A stretch of 64,000 nt of DNA from positions 1,114,703-1,178,702 of the forward strand of contig CBDBKJ010000004.1 in the NCBI GenBank assembly GCA_965206705.1. Direction: 5' to 3'. The translations under genes and the position numbers were made by a program. The stretch comes from Vicinamibacterales bacterium (GTDB lineage: Bacteria; Acidobacteriota; Vicinamibacteria; Vicinamibacterales; UBA8438). The notes under the pieces were generated by a model. It did no database searches and was not told where the DNA came from. It saw nothing but the letters and a program-made list of their open reading frames with translations. The first letter of the stretch is position 1. Every line of letters starts with the position of its first letter. Shown here in pieces: positions 54,098 to 64,000 of the stretch.

Positions 54098-54395
54098 GGG
54101 GTGCACGTCAGATTTGTGAGATGCCCCTCAGGCGGCGTTTGCGGCTCGTCGCTCCCAGAAATCCTCGAAGCGGCCGCTGAGCTTGCAGCAGCGGAGCGCG
54201 ATGATGGCGTTGGCCCCGGCGACGGTCCAGCGCATGCCGGCGCGCTTGAGCCAGGTGCCGACCGTGTGCTTGCACCCGGCCTCGACGACTCCCGAAGAGA
54301 TGCACAGCCCCCTGGCGCGAAAACGCGGATAGCGCATCCGGCGGCGGTTGCGGACCAGGTAGTGGATGCACCTTCGCGCCTCGTCGGTGGTCTTC
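54098..54395 (-). pseudogene. ISKra4-like transposase C-terminal fragment with element end
   Basis: YLVRNRRRMRYPRFRARGLCISSGVVEAGCK...LKRAGMRW. Confidence 0.75.
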
Positions 54396-54830
54396 ACCGG
54401 CCTGATGCCGAGCTCGCGGCACAGCTCTGACACCGACGTGTCGCGGTGCGCCATCGCGGCCTGGGCCAGCCGCACCTGGGCTTTCGACAGCGCGAACTTC
54501 CTCCCGCCCTTGCGGCCGCGAGCTCGTGCGGCCTTGAGCCCGGCCACGGTGCGTTCGCGGATCAGCTCCCGCTCGAACTCGGCCAACGCCGCGAAGATGC
54601 CGAACACGAGGCGCCCGGCCGCGGTGGTGGTGTCGACCTGCGCCCCTTCGCCGGTGAGCACCCGCAGGCCCACGCCGCGGGCCGACAGGTCCTGCACGGT
54701 GTTGACCAGGTGGGCGAGGTTGCGGCCGAGGCGGTCGAGCTTCCAGACGACGAGCACGTCGCCCTGCCGCAGGGCGCGCAGGCAGCTGTCGAGTCCCGGC
54801 CGGTCGTCGCGGACGCCGCTGGCGAAGTCG
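54396..54830 (-). pseudogene. Serine resolvase lacking its N-terminus
   Basis: ASG...RPGL, GDVLVVWKLDRLGR, AALAEFERELIRERT and GRKGGR; no YARVS catalytic motif. Confidence 0.85.
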
Positions 54831-55191
54831 TGGCCGGAGACGTCCGTCACCACCCGCCTGACCGCGCTCGCCTGCTCACGGTCCGTCGCCGTCGGCCGCC
54901 GCCGTCGCCGCGGGGGCGCCCCGGCCGTCGCTCCAGGTTCACGAAGCTGTAGCCGAGCGCAGCCGCGAGCACGCATAATGCCGTCCTCGAGGCGCTTGAG
55001 CGCGGTCGCGGTCGGTGGTCGCCCGGGCCGTCGCCGCGGTCGTCGGCGCACCAGCCGCCCCAAGTCCGCGAGGCGCGCTTGGTCAGCCGGCCACCTCGGC
55101 CGCGACCCTCTGCCCGCCGTTCGACCTTCGAGCGCCACGACTCCCGGTCCAGCCGGGGGCCGCCGCGCGCCGTCCGCCCCCGAATCGTCGC

Positions 55192-55404
55192 TCATCGATT
55201 CGCTTCCATCTGTGTCGAGGTTTCGGGGCTTCTGTCGCCGGTCGTACGGCGCGCCGGCAGGCGCACGTATTCGCGCCCGGAGGCCTCCTGTCTGGCTCGA
55301 ATGTCCCTGAACATCGCCTCAACGTCATAATCGAATCGGGCGGCGTACGCCTCCCGTATAGCCCGGAGTTCAGCGATGATCGGGTCCGTCTGCCTAGTCT
55401 CCAT
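55192..55404 (-). CDS. Putative antitoxin downstream of a PIN gene
   Basis: DPIIAELRAIREAYAARFDYD; overlaps the PIN gene end. Confidence 0.7.
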   Translation of the reverse strand: METRQTDPIIAELRAIREAYAARFDYDVEAMFRDIRARQEASGREYVRLPARRTTGDRSPETSTQMEANR

Positions 55405-55885
55405 GGTCCTGCTCCTCCATGAGTTCATTAGGCGTGCAAATAACCGGCGGCTCGTACCCAGCCTTGCGGCATGCTCGCTCGATCCGCGACCGCGCGGAGG
55501 CGCCCGCGATGTGACGGAGATTCCACGTCAGCAGGTAGTCAACCCTGTTCGTCGCAGCAACGCTGACGTGCGTCGCATCAGCCGTCGCCTCGCGGGGAAA
55601 CGCTCCGAGGTCCAGCAGCCGCTGCGTCAGCGCCGCGGCGTCCTCGGTAGTATCGAGGCGCGTGACCATCTCCAACGCCGTCAAGCGGGCGCGGGCGGCG
55701 TCCGTGTCACCCTCCGCAGCTTCTGGTAGCACGAGCTCGGAAGCTACGAGAACAAACCGTTCCGGCGCATCGCGCCACCATTCCCGCGTCATGGTCTGCT
55801 GCGCCGCAATGATGAGATCGCGCGACGGGCGCGCTGTGAGGTAGCTCACGACGGAGGTTTCCACGTAGACGCTGGGCTTCGTCAT
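55394..55885 (-). CDS. PIN-domain (VapC-like) toxin
   Basis: VYVETSVVSYL, ADATHV, YLLTWNLRHIA and PVICTPNEL. Confidence 0.88.
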   Translation of the reverse strand: MTKPSVYVETSVVSYLTARPSRDLIIAAQQTMTREWWRDAPERFVLVASELVLPEAAEGDTDAARARLTALEMVTRLDTTEDAAALTQRLLDLGAFPREATADATHVSVAATNRVDYLLTWNLRHIAGASARSRIERACRKAGYEPPVICTPNELMEEQDHGD

Positions 55886-56147
55886 GATCGGGAGGTCAGC
55901 CGTTCGTACCGCATCGAGTGGCGGCGGCAGCTGCCCCTCCATCCCCCCTCAAGGCTTGGTCCGTGTGCCGCGGTCGCTGCCCCTCCCGCCGGTCCGCGAC
56001 GGCCCCGAGTCCTGACCGCTATGACTGCCCGCCGGCGGCGGCACGATGTCATGGCCGCGCTCCTCCGCCTGCGGCCCCGCTCCCGGTCGGGGACGCGCGG
56101 AGTCGGTGGCGCTACCGGGCTTCGCACTGGTCCTCGTAGTGCTGCTC

Positions 56148-56335
56148 GTCTTCGGTTACGGGGTCGTGGCGAGAAAATCCACGAAATGGTGTGCAGGTGC
56201 GGCGGGCGTGTGCCGATACGTGAAGTATGGCGCGCAAGAAGGACGACCGCAACGATTCGAAGGGACCCGGGCGTCAGCGGGACCCTCGGGACGTGCGCAT
56301 CGAGCGCCTCGAACGAGACAGGGCGAAGCTGATCG
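56148..56335 (+). mobile_element. Left-end remnant of a diverged IS66 relative
   Basis: GTCTTCGGTTAC...GAGAAAATCC...TGTGCCGATAC.TGAAGTATGGCGCGC aligns with 50334-50420. Confidence 0.7.
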
Positions 56336-56344
56336 AGGAGCGGG

Positions 56345-56592
56345 ATCAGAAGCGCCCTACATCCTCGACGGGCTCCTGATGAACGAGACCGGGCGGCGCG
56401 TTCGCGAACAGTACGCCGACACCGGCGGCTTCACCGACGTCTTCGCGGCATGCTCGATCCTCGGCTACGCGTTCGTCCCGCGCATCCGGGACCTGCCGTC
56501 GAAGCGCCTCCGCGCGGGCGTCCCGAAGCGCCTGCGCCCGCTGGTCGGCGGCAAGGTGAACGTGGACCTGATCGACCGGAACTGGGCGGACA
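56345..56592 (+). pseudogene. Tn3 family transposase internal fragment
   Basis: EAPYILDGLL...YADTGGFTD...LGYAFVPRIRDL...IDRNWAD. Confidence 0.8.
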
Positions 56593-56917
56593 GCTTGAAC
56601 AAAGGGCGAGGCCAACCATGCCCTCACTGGCGGCGCGCGCCGCCATCTTCACGGGCGGGCGGCTCGTCCGGCTGCCCGACCGACGTCGAAGCGGCCCGAC
56701 AGCAGCTCCAGCGCCTGATGCGCGACGCCGAGGGGGACATCGCCGAGGCCCTCTCCGGCAGCGCCGCGCGGTAGTCGGCAGGCGGCGAGACGGCGTTCAC
56801 AGTGCCCCCGGCCGGGGTGATAGCATGAGTCGCAGGAGCCGCCGGCGTCGCCACAGGCGCAGGGTCTCCCAGCGGTCTTGCGTGTGGGGGGCGTCGCGGT
56901 GTGGAGAGGAAGAGCCA

Positions 56918-57160
56918 ATGCGTACCACCCTCGATCTCGACCAGGACATCCTGAATGCAGCGAAGGCGCTTGCGGCGCAGGAACGCAAGCCCGTCGGACA
57001 GTTCGTCTCCGAGCTCCTGCGGGAGGCGTTGCCGGCCAGAGGCGGCGGGATGAGCGCCATGCAGGCGCGCGAGCGGTACGGGTTCAGGCCGATCCCGGCC
57101 GGCGGGGCGGTGGTGACCAACGAAGTCGTCAACAAGATTCGCGATGATCTGGGCGTTTGA
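56918..57160 (+). CDS. VapB-like antitoxin
   Basis: MRTTLDLDQDIL...GGAVVTNEVVNKIRD. Confidence 0.85.
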   Translation: MRTTLDLDQDILNAAKALAAQERKPVGQFVSELLREALPARGGGMSAMQARERYGFRPIPAGGAVVTNEVVNKIRDDLGV

Positions 57161-57163
57161 ACG

Positions 57164-57592
57164 TTGAGGGCGCTGCTGGACGTGAACGTACTCGTCGCGT
57201 TGCTCGACGAGAACCACACGCACAACGCGGCGGCCGAGACTTGGCTCGCGGGCAATATCCACCACGGTTGGGCGTCCTGCCCGCTGACGCAGAACGGCTG
57301 CGTGCGCATTCTGTCGCAGCCCGCGTATCCGAACGCGCTGAGCGTTGCCGACGCCGTGATGCGGTTGCGAACGGCGATTTCCGGACCGTACCACCGGTTC
57401 CTGGCGGACAGCGTCAGCCTTCTGGATGATGCGGTGGTGGACTGCCGGCGCGTCTCGCGCCCCCGGCAGTTGACGGATGTCTATCTTCTAGCCCTGGCGG
57501 TTGAGCAAGGCTGTCGCCTTGTGACGTTCGACACGTCCATTCTCGTGGCGGCGGTGCGTCGGGCGGCACGTCCATCGCTGGTCGTCATCTGA
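57164..57592 (+). CDS. vapC: VapC PIN-domain toxin
   Basis: LLDVNVLVAL, QLTDVYLLALA and LVTFD. Confidence 0.9.
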   Translation: MRALLDVNVLVALLDENHTHNAAAETWLAGNIHHGWASCPLTQNGCVRILSQPAYPNALSVADAVMRLRTAISGPYHRFLADSVSLLDDAVVDCRRVSRPRQLTDVYLLALAVEQGCRLVTFDTSILVAAVRRAARPSLVVI

Positions 57593-57994
57593 AGGTCCTG
57601 CTCGATGAGCCCGAGCTGGGCCTTGCACCCGCTTGGCCGCCGACCTCGTGGCCGAGGATGGTGAGAAAAACGGCCCGTTGGCGTTTTGACAACACGCCGT
57701 GCCTGTTTCGTCAGCACAGGACACCAAGAACCGCCACCGCATGGTGGACTCACGGACTGCCCCCAATCGACTGCAGCAGGCCCGACGGCCTGGAGACTCG
57801 TCGACGAAGGTGCCCCGCATCAGCTCGTCGCTTGGTGGCCAGCCTGCAGGTTCGTCGACACCGCCCGTCGGCCAATTCGACCCGAGCGCCCGGCGGCTCT
57901 CCGCCCCAGCGGCGGCGACGTTTTCCGGTCACAGAGGTGCCACCTCCAGCAAACGCGCGCCCCCAGGAAACGGAACTAGACCGACGAGGCCCTG

Positions 57995-58048
57995 TTGACA
58001 GACAACATGACAAAGGTACATTCTGTTCATGTAGGGAGACAACATGAC
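57995..58048 (+). promoter_or_regulatory. Sigma70-like promoter and candidate PadR operator
   Basis: TTGACA-16 bp-TACATT; AGACAACATGACA twice; imperfect ACATGACA/TGTTCATGT dyad. Confidence 0.55.
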
Positions 58049-58391
58049 AGAGTCCCGGGCGGACGTGCCGTACGGCGTGCTCGACCTCTTCGTCCTGAAG
58101 ACCCTCGACGCGATGGGGCCGCTCCACGGGTTCGGGCTGGCCCGCAGGATCGAGCAGACCTCCGGCCAGCGGCTCCAGATCAACCAGGGGTCGATCTACC
58201 CGGCGCTGCTTCGTCTGGAGCAGAACGGTTGGATCCGCTCCGAGTGGGGCACCTCGGAGAAGAACCGGCGCGCGAAGTACTACGCGCTGACCGCAGCCGG
58301 CCGGCGCCAGCTCCGGAAGCAGGTCGAGAGCTGGGAGCGGACGGCGTCGATCGTCGTGCTGTTCCTGGAGGCTGCGCCGGCTGCGCCATGA
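58044..58391 (+). CDS. PadR family transcriptional regulator
   Basis: LHGFGLARRIEQ, QGSIYPALLRLE and RRAKYYALT. Confidence 0.92.
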   Translation: MTESRADVPYGVLDLFVLKTLDAMGPLHGFGLARRIEQTSGQRLQINQGSIYPALLRLEQNGWIRSEWGTSEKNRRAKYYALTAAGRRQLRKQVESWERTASIVVLFLEAAPAAP

Positions 58392-61054
58392 TTCTCCGGC
58401 GATGGCTGGCGAGCTTGTGGACGCGCCTGCGCGGCGCCGCAGCCGCACGGGAGCTCGACGACGAGCTCCGCACCCACTTGGAGATGGCGGTCGAGGAGAA
58501 CCTCGCGCGGGGCATGAGCGAACGGGAAGCGACCCGCGCCGCGCACCGCGACCTCGGAGTGGTTTCTGCAGTCAAGGAGGCGCATCATCAGGCCGACAGC
58601 CTGTACTGGCTCTACACGCTGCTGCAGGACCTGCGCTACGGCGTGCGCATCCTGCGCCGGTCCCCTGGGTTCTCGCTCACCGCCCTCCTGACCCTCGTGG
58701 TCGGCATGAGCGCGACCACCCTCGCGTTGACTGCCGTCAACGCCGTGCTGCTCAAACCGCTCTCGGTCCGAGCACCCGATCGGGTCGTCGGCATCACGAC
58801 CGTTGGAGAGCTGGCGGTCCTTCGCAAGGAACCGGTGGGATTCGGTGACTACGCGGATCTCGCCCGAGATGTCGCCGCCTTCGAATCCGTGGTCGCACAC
58901 CGCCGCATGGGATCGGTGGTTGGCACCGGACTGGACCGCAGGATCGCAATCGGCGAACAGGTCTCCCCCAACTACTTCACCACGCTCGGCGTGTCGTTCC
59001 CGCTCGGACGGCCATTCGATGAAACCGACCAGCCGGGCGCGGTGGTCGTTCTCGGCCACGCCGCGTGGCGTCGGCACTTCGGGACCGATCCCCGGATCAT
59101 CGGCCGGGAGTTGGCGATCGGCGACCGACGACGAACGGTCGTCGGGATTGCCCCGGAGGGGTTCACCGGGTTGTTTCGAGGGGTCGCGCCAGAATTCTGG
59201 CAGCCACTCGACGACGCCGGCGGGGAGTCGGCCGACGACCGCGGACAGCTGGAGTGGTGGGTGCACGCCAGGTTGCGGGACGACGCGACGCTCGAGCAGG
59301 CTCGCACGCAGGTTGCCGTCCTGGCGGATACGCTCTCCCGGCGGTATCCGCACTCGAATGCCGGTCGCTCCTTTGCACTCACGCCGCTGTCGGAGGCGTC
59401 CATTCACCCCGTCGTGTCAAAGGCCCTTGCCCGATTTGGAGCCGCCGGCGTCCTCGCGGTCGCGCTGCTCCTGCTGTTGGTCTGCTCGGTCAACGTCGCG
59501 CATCTCGTGCTCGCGCGCGCGGTCGATGGCCAGCGCGAGGTCGCCATCCGACTGGCGTTAGGAGCCCATCGATGGCGGATCATTCGTCCGTTGCTCGCCG
59601 AGGGCATCTTGCTCACGGGCGTCGCGGCCGCCATCGCGTTGCTCTTGACCGCGTGGGTCGGGCCGATGCTCGGCGAGATCCGTCTGCCGGCGGTGCCGAC
59701 CGCCATCGATCTTCACCTGGTGCCCGACTGGCGCGTCTTCGGCCCCACGGTGATCGTCGTCCTCGGGTCGACCATGGTCTCCTCGCTCGGACCGGCGTTG
59801 CGGATCTCGTCGGGCCTCTCCATCGTCAAGACGCTCAAGACCGACTCCCGCGCATCCGCGGCCGGCGGAGCCACGACGTGGCGGATGCTGCTGATTGCCG
59901 GCCAGGCCACGACGGCGGTGTTGCTGCTGGTGGTCGGCGGCCTCGCGTTACGCAGCCTTCTCGCCGTGATTCAAGTCGACCCCGGCTTTGAGACGCGAGG
60001 CGTCGCGGTCGCGAGTGTCGCCCCGGCGCTGGTCGGCCACGACCAGGACGAGGCGTATCGCTACCTGTCGCGCGCGGCCGCCGCCGTCCGGGAGCTTCCA
60101 GACGTCGAGGCCGCAGGATGGATTCAGCCGGTCCCACTGTCGTTGAGTGTTCGGCTCACCCGACTCCGCCTGTCCGGACACGACAGCGAGGCGTCGCACG
60201 AGCTTCCGCTCGTCGACGTCGGGATAGCCGGTCCCGGCGCCTTCAGAGCGCTTCGAGTGCCGGTGATCGAAGGACGTGAATTCGACGCGTCGGACCGCTC
60301 GGGCGCGGTCGAGGTCTCACTCGTGAACGACGCGTTCGTCCGCCGCTTCTGGCCCGACCGACGACAGGCCATCGGTCAGCACATCGGGGTGGGCTTTCCG
60401 GAGACTCGGACAGTGGAGGTCGTAGGCGTTGTGGGCGATTTCAAGAACCGCACGCTCGGGGACGTCACGCGACCCATGGTGTTTACGTCGATCCTGCAGG
60501 ATCCGTCGGGTTGGCAGGCCGCGGCGCTGGTCATGCGACGGTCACCCGTTGGTCCGCCGCGGATGGTGCATCTCGTTGACGCGATGCGCGCGATCGATCC
60601 GGCGGTGCCCGTGTTCGACGTGCAACCGCTCACCGCGCGCATCGGCGGCGTCCTCTTGTTGCCCCGGTATGCCGCGACGGTCTTTGGTGGGACAGGCGTT
60701 CTCGCGCTGGGCCTGGTCGTGCTCGGATTGTATGGAACGGTATCGCTGTCCGTCAGACTTCGGCTGCGCGAGCTGAGCGTGCGAATGGCGCTCGGCAGCT
60801 CCCGGACGGCCATCGTGTGGCTGGTCATGCGACAGGCCCTGGTGCCGGTTGTGGTCGGCATCGTGTTCGGCCTGGTCGTCGCGCTGGGGGCGACCCGCGT
60901 CTTGACCGCGTTGCTCTACGGCGTGTCACCCCACGACCCCGCCACGTTGGTGGCGGCCGCCCTCACGCTGTTGACCACGACGACGGCGGCCGGCGCCTAT
61001 CCGGCGTGGCGCGCCACGCGTACGAACCTCATGCGCTCGCTCCAAGCAGGATGA
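58388..61054 (+). CDS. ADOP-type duplicated ABC permease (MacB/FtsX domains)
   Basis: ELDDELRTHLE, QDLRYGVRILRRSPGF, REVAIRLALGA and RELSVRMALG. Confidence 0.9.
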   Translation: MILRRWLASLWTRLRGAAAARELDDELRTHLEMAVEENLARGMSEREATRAAHRDLGVVSAVKEAHHQADSLYWLYTLLQDLRYGVRILRRSPGFSLTALLTLVVGMSATTLALTAVNAVLLKPLSVRAPDRVVGITTVGELAVLRKEPVGFGDYADLARDVAAFESVVAHRRMGSVVGTGLDRRIAIGEQVSPNYFTTLGVSFPLGRPFDETDQPGAVVVLGHAAWRRHFGTDPRIIGRELAIGDRRRTVVGIAPEGFTGLFRGVAPEFWQPLDDAGGESADDRGQLEWWVHARLRDDATLEQARTQVAVLADTLSRRYPHSNAGRSFALTPLSEASIHPVVSKALARFGAAGVLAVALLLLLVCSVNVAHLVLARAVDGQREVAIRLALGAHRWRIIRPLLAEGILLTGVAAAIALLLTAWVGPMLGEIRLPAVPTAIDLHLVPDWRVFGPTVIVVLGSTMVSSLGPALRISSGLSIVKTLKTDSRASAAGGATTWRMLLIAGQATTAVLLLVVGGLALRSLLAVIQVDPGFETRGVAVASVAPALVGHDQDEAYRYLSRAAAAVRELPDVEAAGWIQPVPLSLSVRLTRLRLSGHDSEASHELPLVDVGIAGPGAFRALRVPVIEGREFDASDRSGAVEVSLVNDAFVRRFWPDRRQAIGQHIGVGFPETRTVEVVGVVGDFKNRTLGDVTRPMVFTSILQDPSGWQAAALVMRRSPVGPPRMVHLVDAMRAIDPAVPVFDVQPLTARIGGVLLLPRYAATVFGGTGVLALGLVVLGLYGTVSLSVRLRLRELSVRMALGSSRTAIVWLVMRQALVPVVVGIVFGLVVALGATRVLTALLYGVSPHDPATLVAAALTLLTTTTAAGAYPAWRATRTNLMRSLQAG

Positions 61055-61119
61055 GAACGCACACTCCTACGAACGTCGCCCCGCTCCCGTGCACGCGTGG
61101 CTAGTCTAGCCGTCTAGCC

Positions 61120-62282
61120 ATGCCGACACCTGTCATCGTCCTGGCCGTGCTCGCGGTCTCGGTGGTCGCGGTGGCCATGATCGATCTGACGCGACATGAC
61201 GTTCGCGTGCTCCCCAAATGGGCGTGGGGACTCATCATCCTCGTCGCGTTCCCCTTCGGCGTGATCGCCTATCTCGTCATGGGACGGAGCCGCCCGGGGG
61301 ACGATCCACCGGGCGACGACTCCATCGTCGCGTGGCGGGTCAACACGTCCGGAGCGACCGACCGTCCTGCGGCGAGGTCCGGCGTCCGACCGGCCGGCCC
61401 GCCACTGATTGTGGCGACGGGATTGTCCAAGTGGTACGGGACGGCGATCGCGCTGGATCGCGTCGACTTGCAGATCACGCGTGGTAGCACCTACGGGTTG
61501 ATCGGCCCCAACGGGGCGGGAAAGACGACGATCATCTCGGTGGTCGCGGGTTTGCGACGCCCGACGGCCGGCACGGTCACCTTGGCGGTCGACCGACGGA
61601 AGATCGCGGTGTTGGTCGACACGCCCCAGTTCGAGCCGTGGCTGACGGCAGCGGAGGTCGTCGACCTCGCCCGGCACCTCATGGCGCCCGGACTCCCACG
61701 GACGCGGGTCGAGCAGGCGCTAGCCCGCTAGCCGAGGTCGACCTCCGCGAGGCCCGGGGACCCGTTGGTGGATTTTCCCGCGGCATGCTCCAGCGCCTGG
61801 GACTCGCGGCCTGTCTGGTCGGCGACCCCGCGCTGTTGATCCTCGACGAGCCGTGCTCCGCTCTCGACCCCGCGGGCCGACGTGAGGTGCTCGATCTGAT
61901 CGGTCGGCTCGCGCGCACCGCGACGGTGGTCCTGTCGACCCATATCTTGGCCGACGTGCAGCAGGTCTGTGACACCGTGGCGGTGGTCGACCGCGGCCGG
62001 ATACGTTTCGAGGGCGCGATCACCGACCTGTTGGCCCGCAGCGCCAGCGTCTTCGCCTTGCAGGTGCGTCCGCCGGCCACCGGTCTCGTCGACGCGCTGC
62101 GTGACCGACCCTGGGTCACCGAGGCCGTCGAGCCGGTCCCCGGCCGGATCCGCCTGGTCGTCGGCGACACCGCCCGCGCGGAACGTGAGATCCCTCGCCT
62201 CATCGCGGACCATCGCGAGCGACTGATTGCCCTGACGCCGATGACGAACCTCGAGACCGCGTTTCTGGATCTGACCTCATGA
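61120..62282 (+). pseudogene. ABC transporter ATPase with N-terminal membrane hairpin, frameshift near 61725
   Basis: GPNGAGKTT in frame 1; FSRGMLQR, ILDEP and LSTH in frame 2. Confidence 0.85.
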
Positions 62283-62813
62283 CGCTCTGGCATCTCGAGC
62301 TCGTCCGCCTGACCCGCACCTACCGGTGGACGATCGTTTTCGGCACGTACGGACTGTTCGGAGTCATCGGTCCGGTGACCGGACGGTATCTCGGCGAGAT
62401 CCTCGAACGTTTCGGCGGAGAGATGAACGTCCTCATCCCGGAACCGACTCCCGCCGATGGCATCGCCCGGTTCATCGCGAACGCCTCCCTCTTGGGCCGG
62501 CTGGCCGCGCTCGTGGTCGGCAGTGACGCCTTGGGGTTTGACGCCCGTTCCGAGTCGGCGGCATTCTTCCGTACTCGCGTGGACCGCGCGCGCGAATTGC
62601 TGCTCCCTCGGTATGTCGTCACGACGCTCACGGCCACGCTCGCGCTCATCGCCGGCACCGTCACGGCGTGGACACTGACCGCGGTCCTCATCGGCCCGCC
62701 GCCGTTGCTCCCCGTGGCGGTCGGCACCGTATACGGCGTGATCCACCTCGCGTTTGCGGTCGCGATGCTCGCGGCGGCGTGCGGCCTGACCACCAACGCC
62801 GCAAGCGCAGTCC
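62279..62813 (+). pseudogene. ABC-2 type permease truncated by IS66
   Basis: Multi-TM ORF coupled to the ATPase and running into the IS66 end at 62814. Confidence 0.75.
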
Positions 62814-64000
62814 GTATTCGTTTACAGGGGTAGTACGGGCCTGAAATGGGCTTGAAACGTCGGATTTCGGAGCAGCGCCGACGTTGGTTCGGCCGACGGT
62901 GGGTCTCAAATGGGCTGCCTCCACCGTTACCGTGACGTGGCAGGAGTCGGGTGCACGGGCGTCGACCGGTCGGCGGCGTCCGTCGTCGGCCGAGCCGTCC
63001 GCCGCGTACTGGCGAGCCCATCCGGCAGCCGACTCGCACGGTCAACGTTTCGGCACTTGACCCGTCCGGCGGTGAGCCGCAGGAACCGGGCGCGCTTCTG
63101 AAGTGGTGGTTTGGGTGTCGCCAGCCTATGCGGGCGGCGGTGGGAGCCCGAAGGCTTGGGGAACAACTGGGTCGCGGGCGCGCAACATCTCGGCGATCAC
63201 CGAAGGCAGGTCAAGGCCGCGCTGGCGGGCGGTGCGCACGACGCTGGACAGCACCTGCTGGGTGTCGGCGCCCTTGCGGGTGCGGTTGCCGCCGCACACC
63301 TTGCGGATGACCACCGCGGGCCGGATGGCCTGTTCAGCCCGCCAGTTGGTGGCGTCTATCGACGGGTCTCGCAGGAAGAGGAACACGGCCGGGAATTCGT
63401 TGGCCAAGTGCTTGGCGAAGCGCTTGGCGTCTTGCAACCACGGCGGCGTGTCGACGAGCCGAGCAAGCTGGGCCTCGAGTCGGCCGCGAAGGGAGTCGAG
63501 ACCGCGCCTGTTCAATTCGCCGGCTCGGCAGCGGTCCCGCACGTCGAGGCCGGCCTGAAGGACGGCCTTGATCTTCGCGGCCCAGGCACTGTAGGGGTGG
63601 TTTTCCTGCAGTTCCTTGGCCCGGCGGACCAGGTGAGTGAGGCAACTTTGGTGCAACGAGCGCTTGTAGCACCGGTACACCTGCCACCCGTCGCGCACGA
63701 GCACGCCGGCGTAATCGGTCCCCAGCACGGTGGCCGCGTCGGCGAACCCGCGGCCGGGGCAGATGGCGTAGACGGTGGTCTCCGGGGTGGTGTACGCCCA
63801 CAGCCAAGAAGGCAGGCCGCCGACGCGCCAGCCGGTTTCATCCGGGGTGACCACCGGTGCGTTGCGAACCTGCTCGCAGAGCTCCCGGTAGGCCGGCGCG
63901 GCGTCGCGGGCCGCGCGGTGGAGCACGTGGGCGAGACCGCCCCGGGTGACGTGGAGGCCGAACGTGTGGCGCAGCACGTGGGCGACCTTTGCCAGCGGGA
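62814..64000 (-). mobile_element. IS66 copy 2 (inverted; runs off the window)
   Basis: Reverse complement of about 51005-52191; begins GTATTCGTTTAC; transposase 3' part at 63126..>64000. Confidence 0.93.

Overview
High-GC bacterial window. The PadR plus ADOP-type permease pair and an 'RTPWGDPDLQGVW' secreted-protein family gene suggest Acidobacteriota (inference). It is a heavily decayed accessory region. It holds a type II CBASS relic: HNH-SAVED effector and JAB gene intact, E2-E1 gene split by nested IS1380 and IS4 insertions, cyclase absent. That relic is fused by a deletion to a broken PLD-SNF2 helicase gene. Mobile elements include two IS1380, two IS66, a DUF4338-fused IS4, an IS110 with a structured non-coding leader, a tyrosine-recombinase/IS91 unit, and fragments of IS21, Tn3, ISKra4, a serine resolvase and a Cre-like recombinase. 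Other content: five PIN-type toxin-antitoxin modules, a truncated mrr, a damaged dmsABCD-like operon, two broken TonB-dependent receptors, PhoD, a beta-propeller amidohydrolase and a cold-shock protein. I saw no rRNA, tRNA or CRISPR array. All family assignments come from motif recognition by eye; no database search was run.
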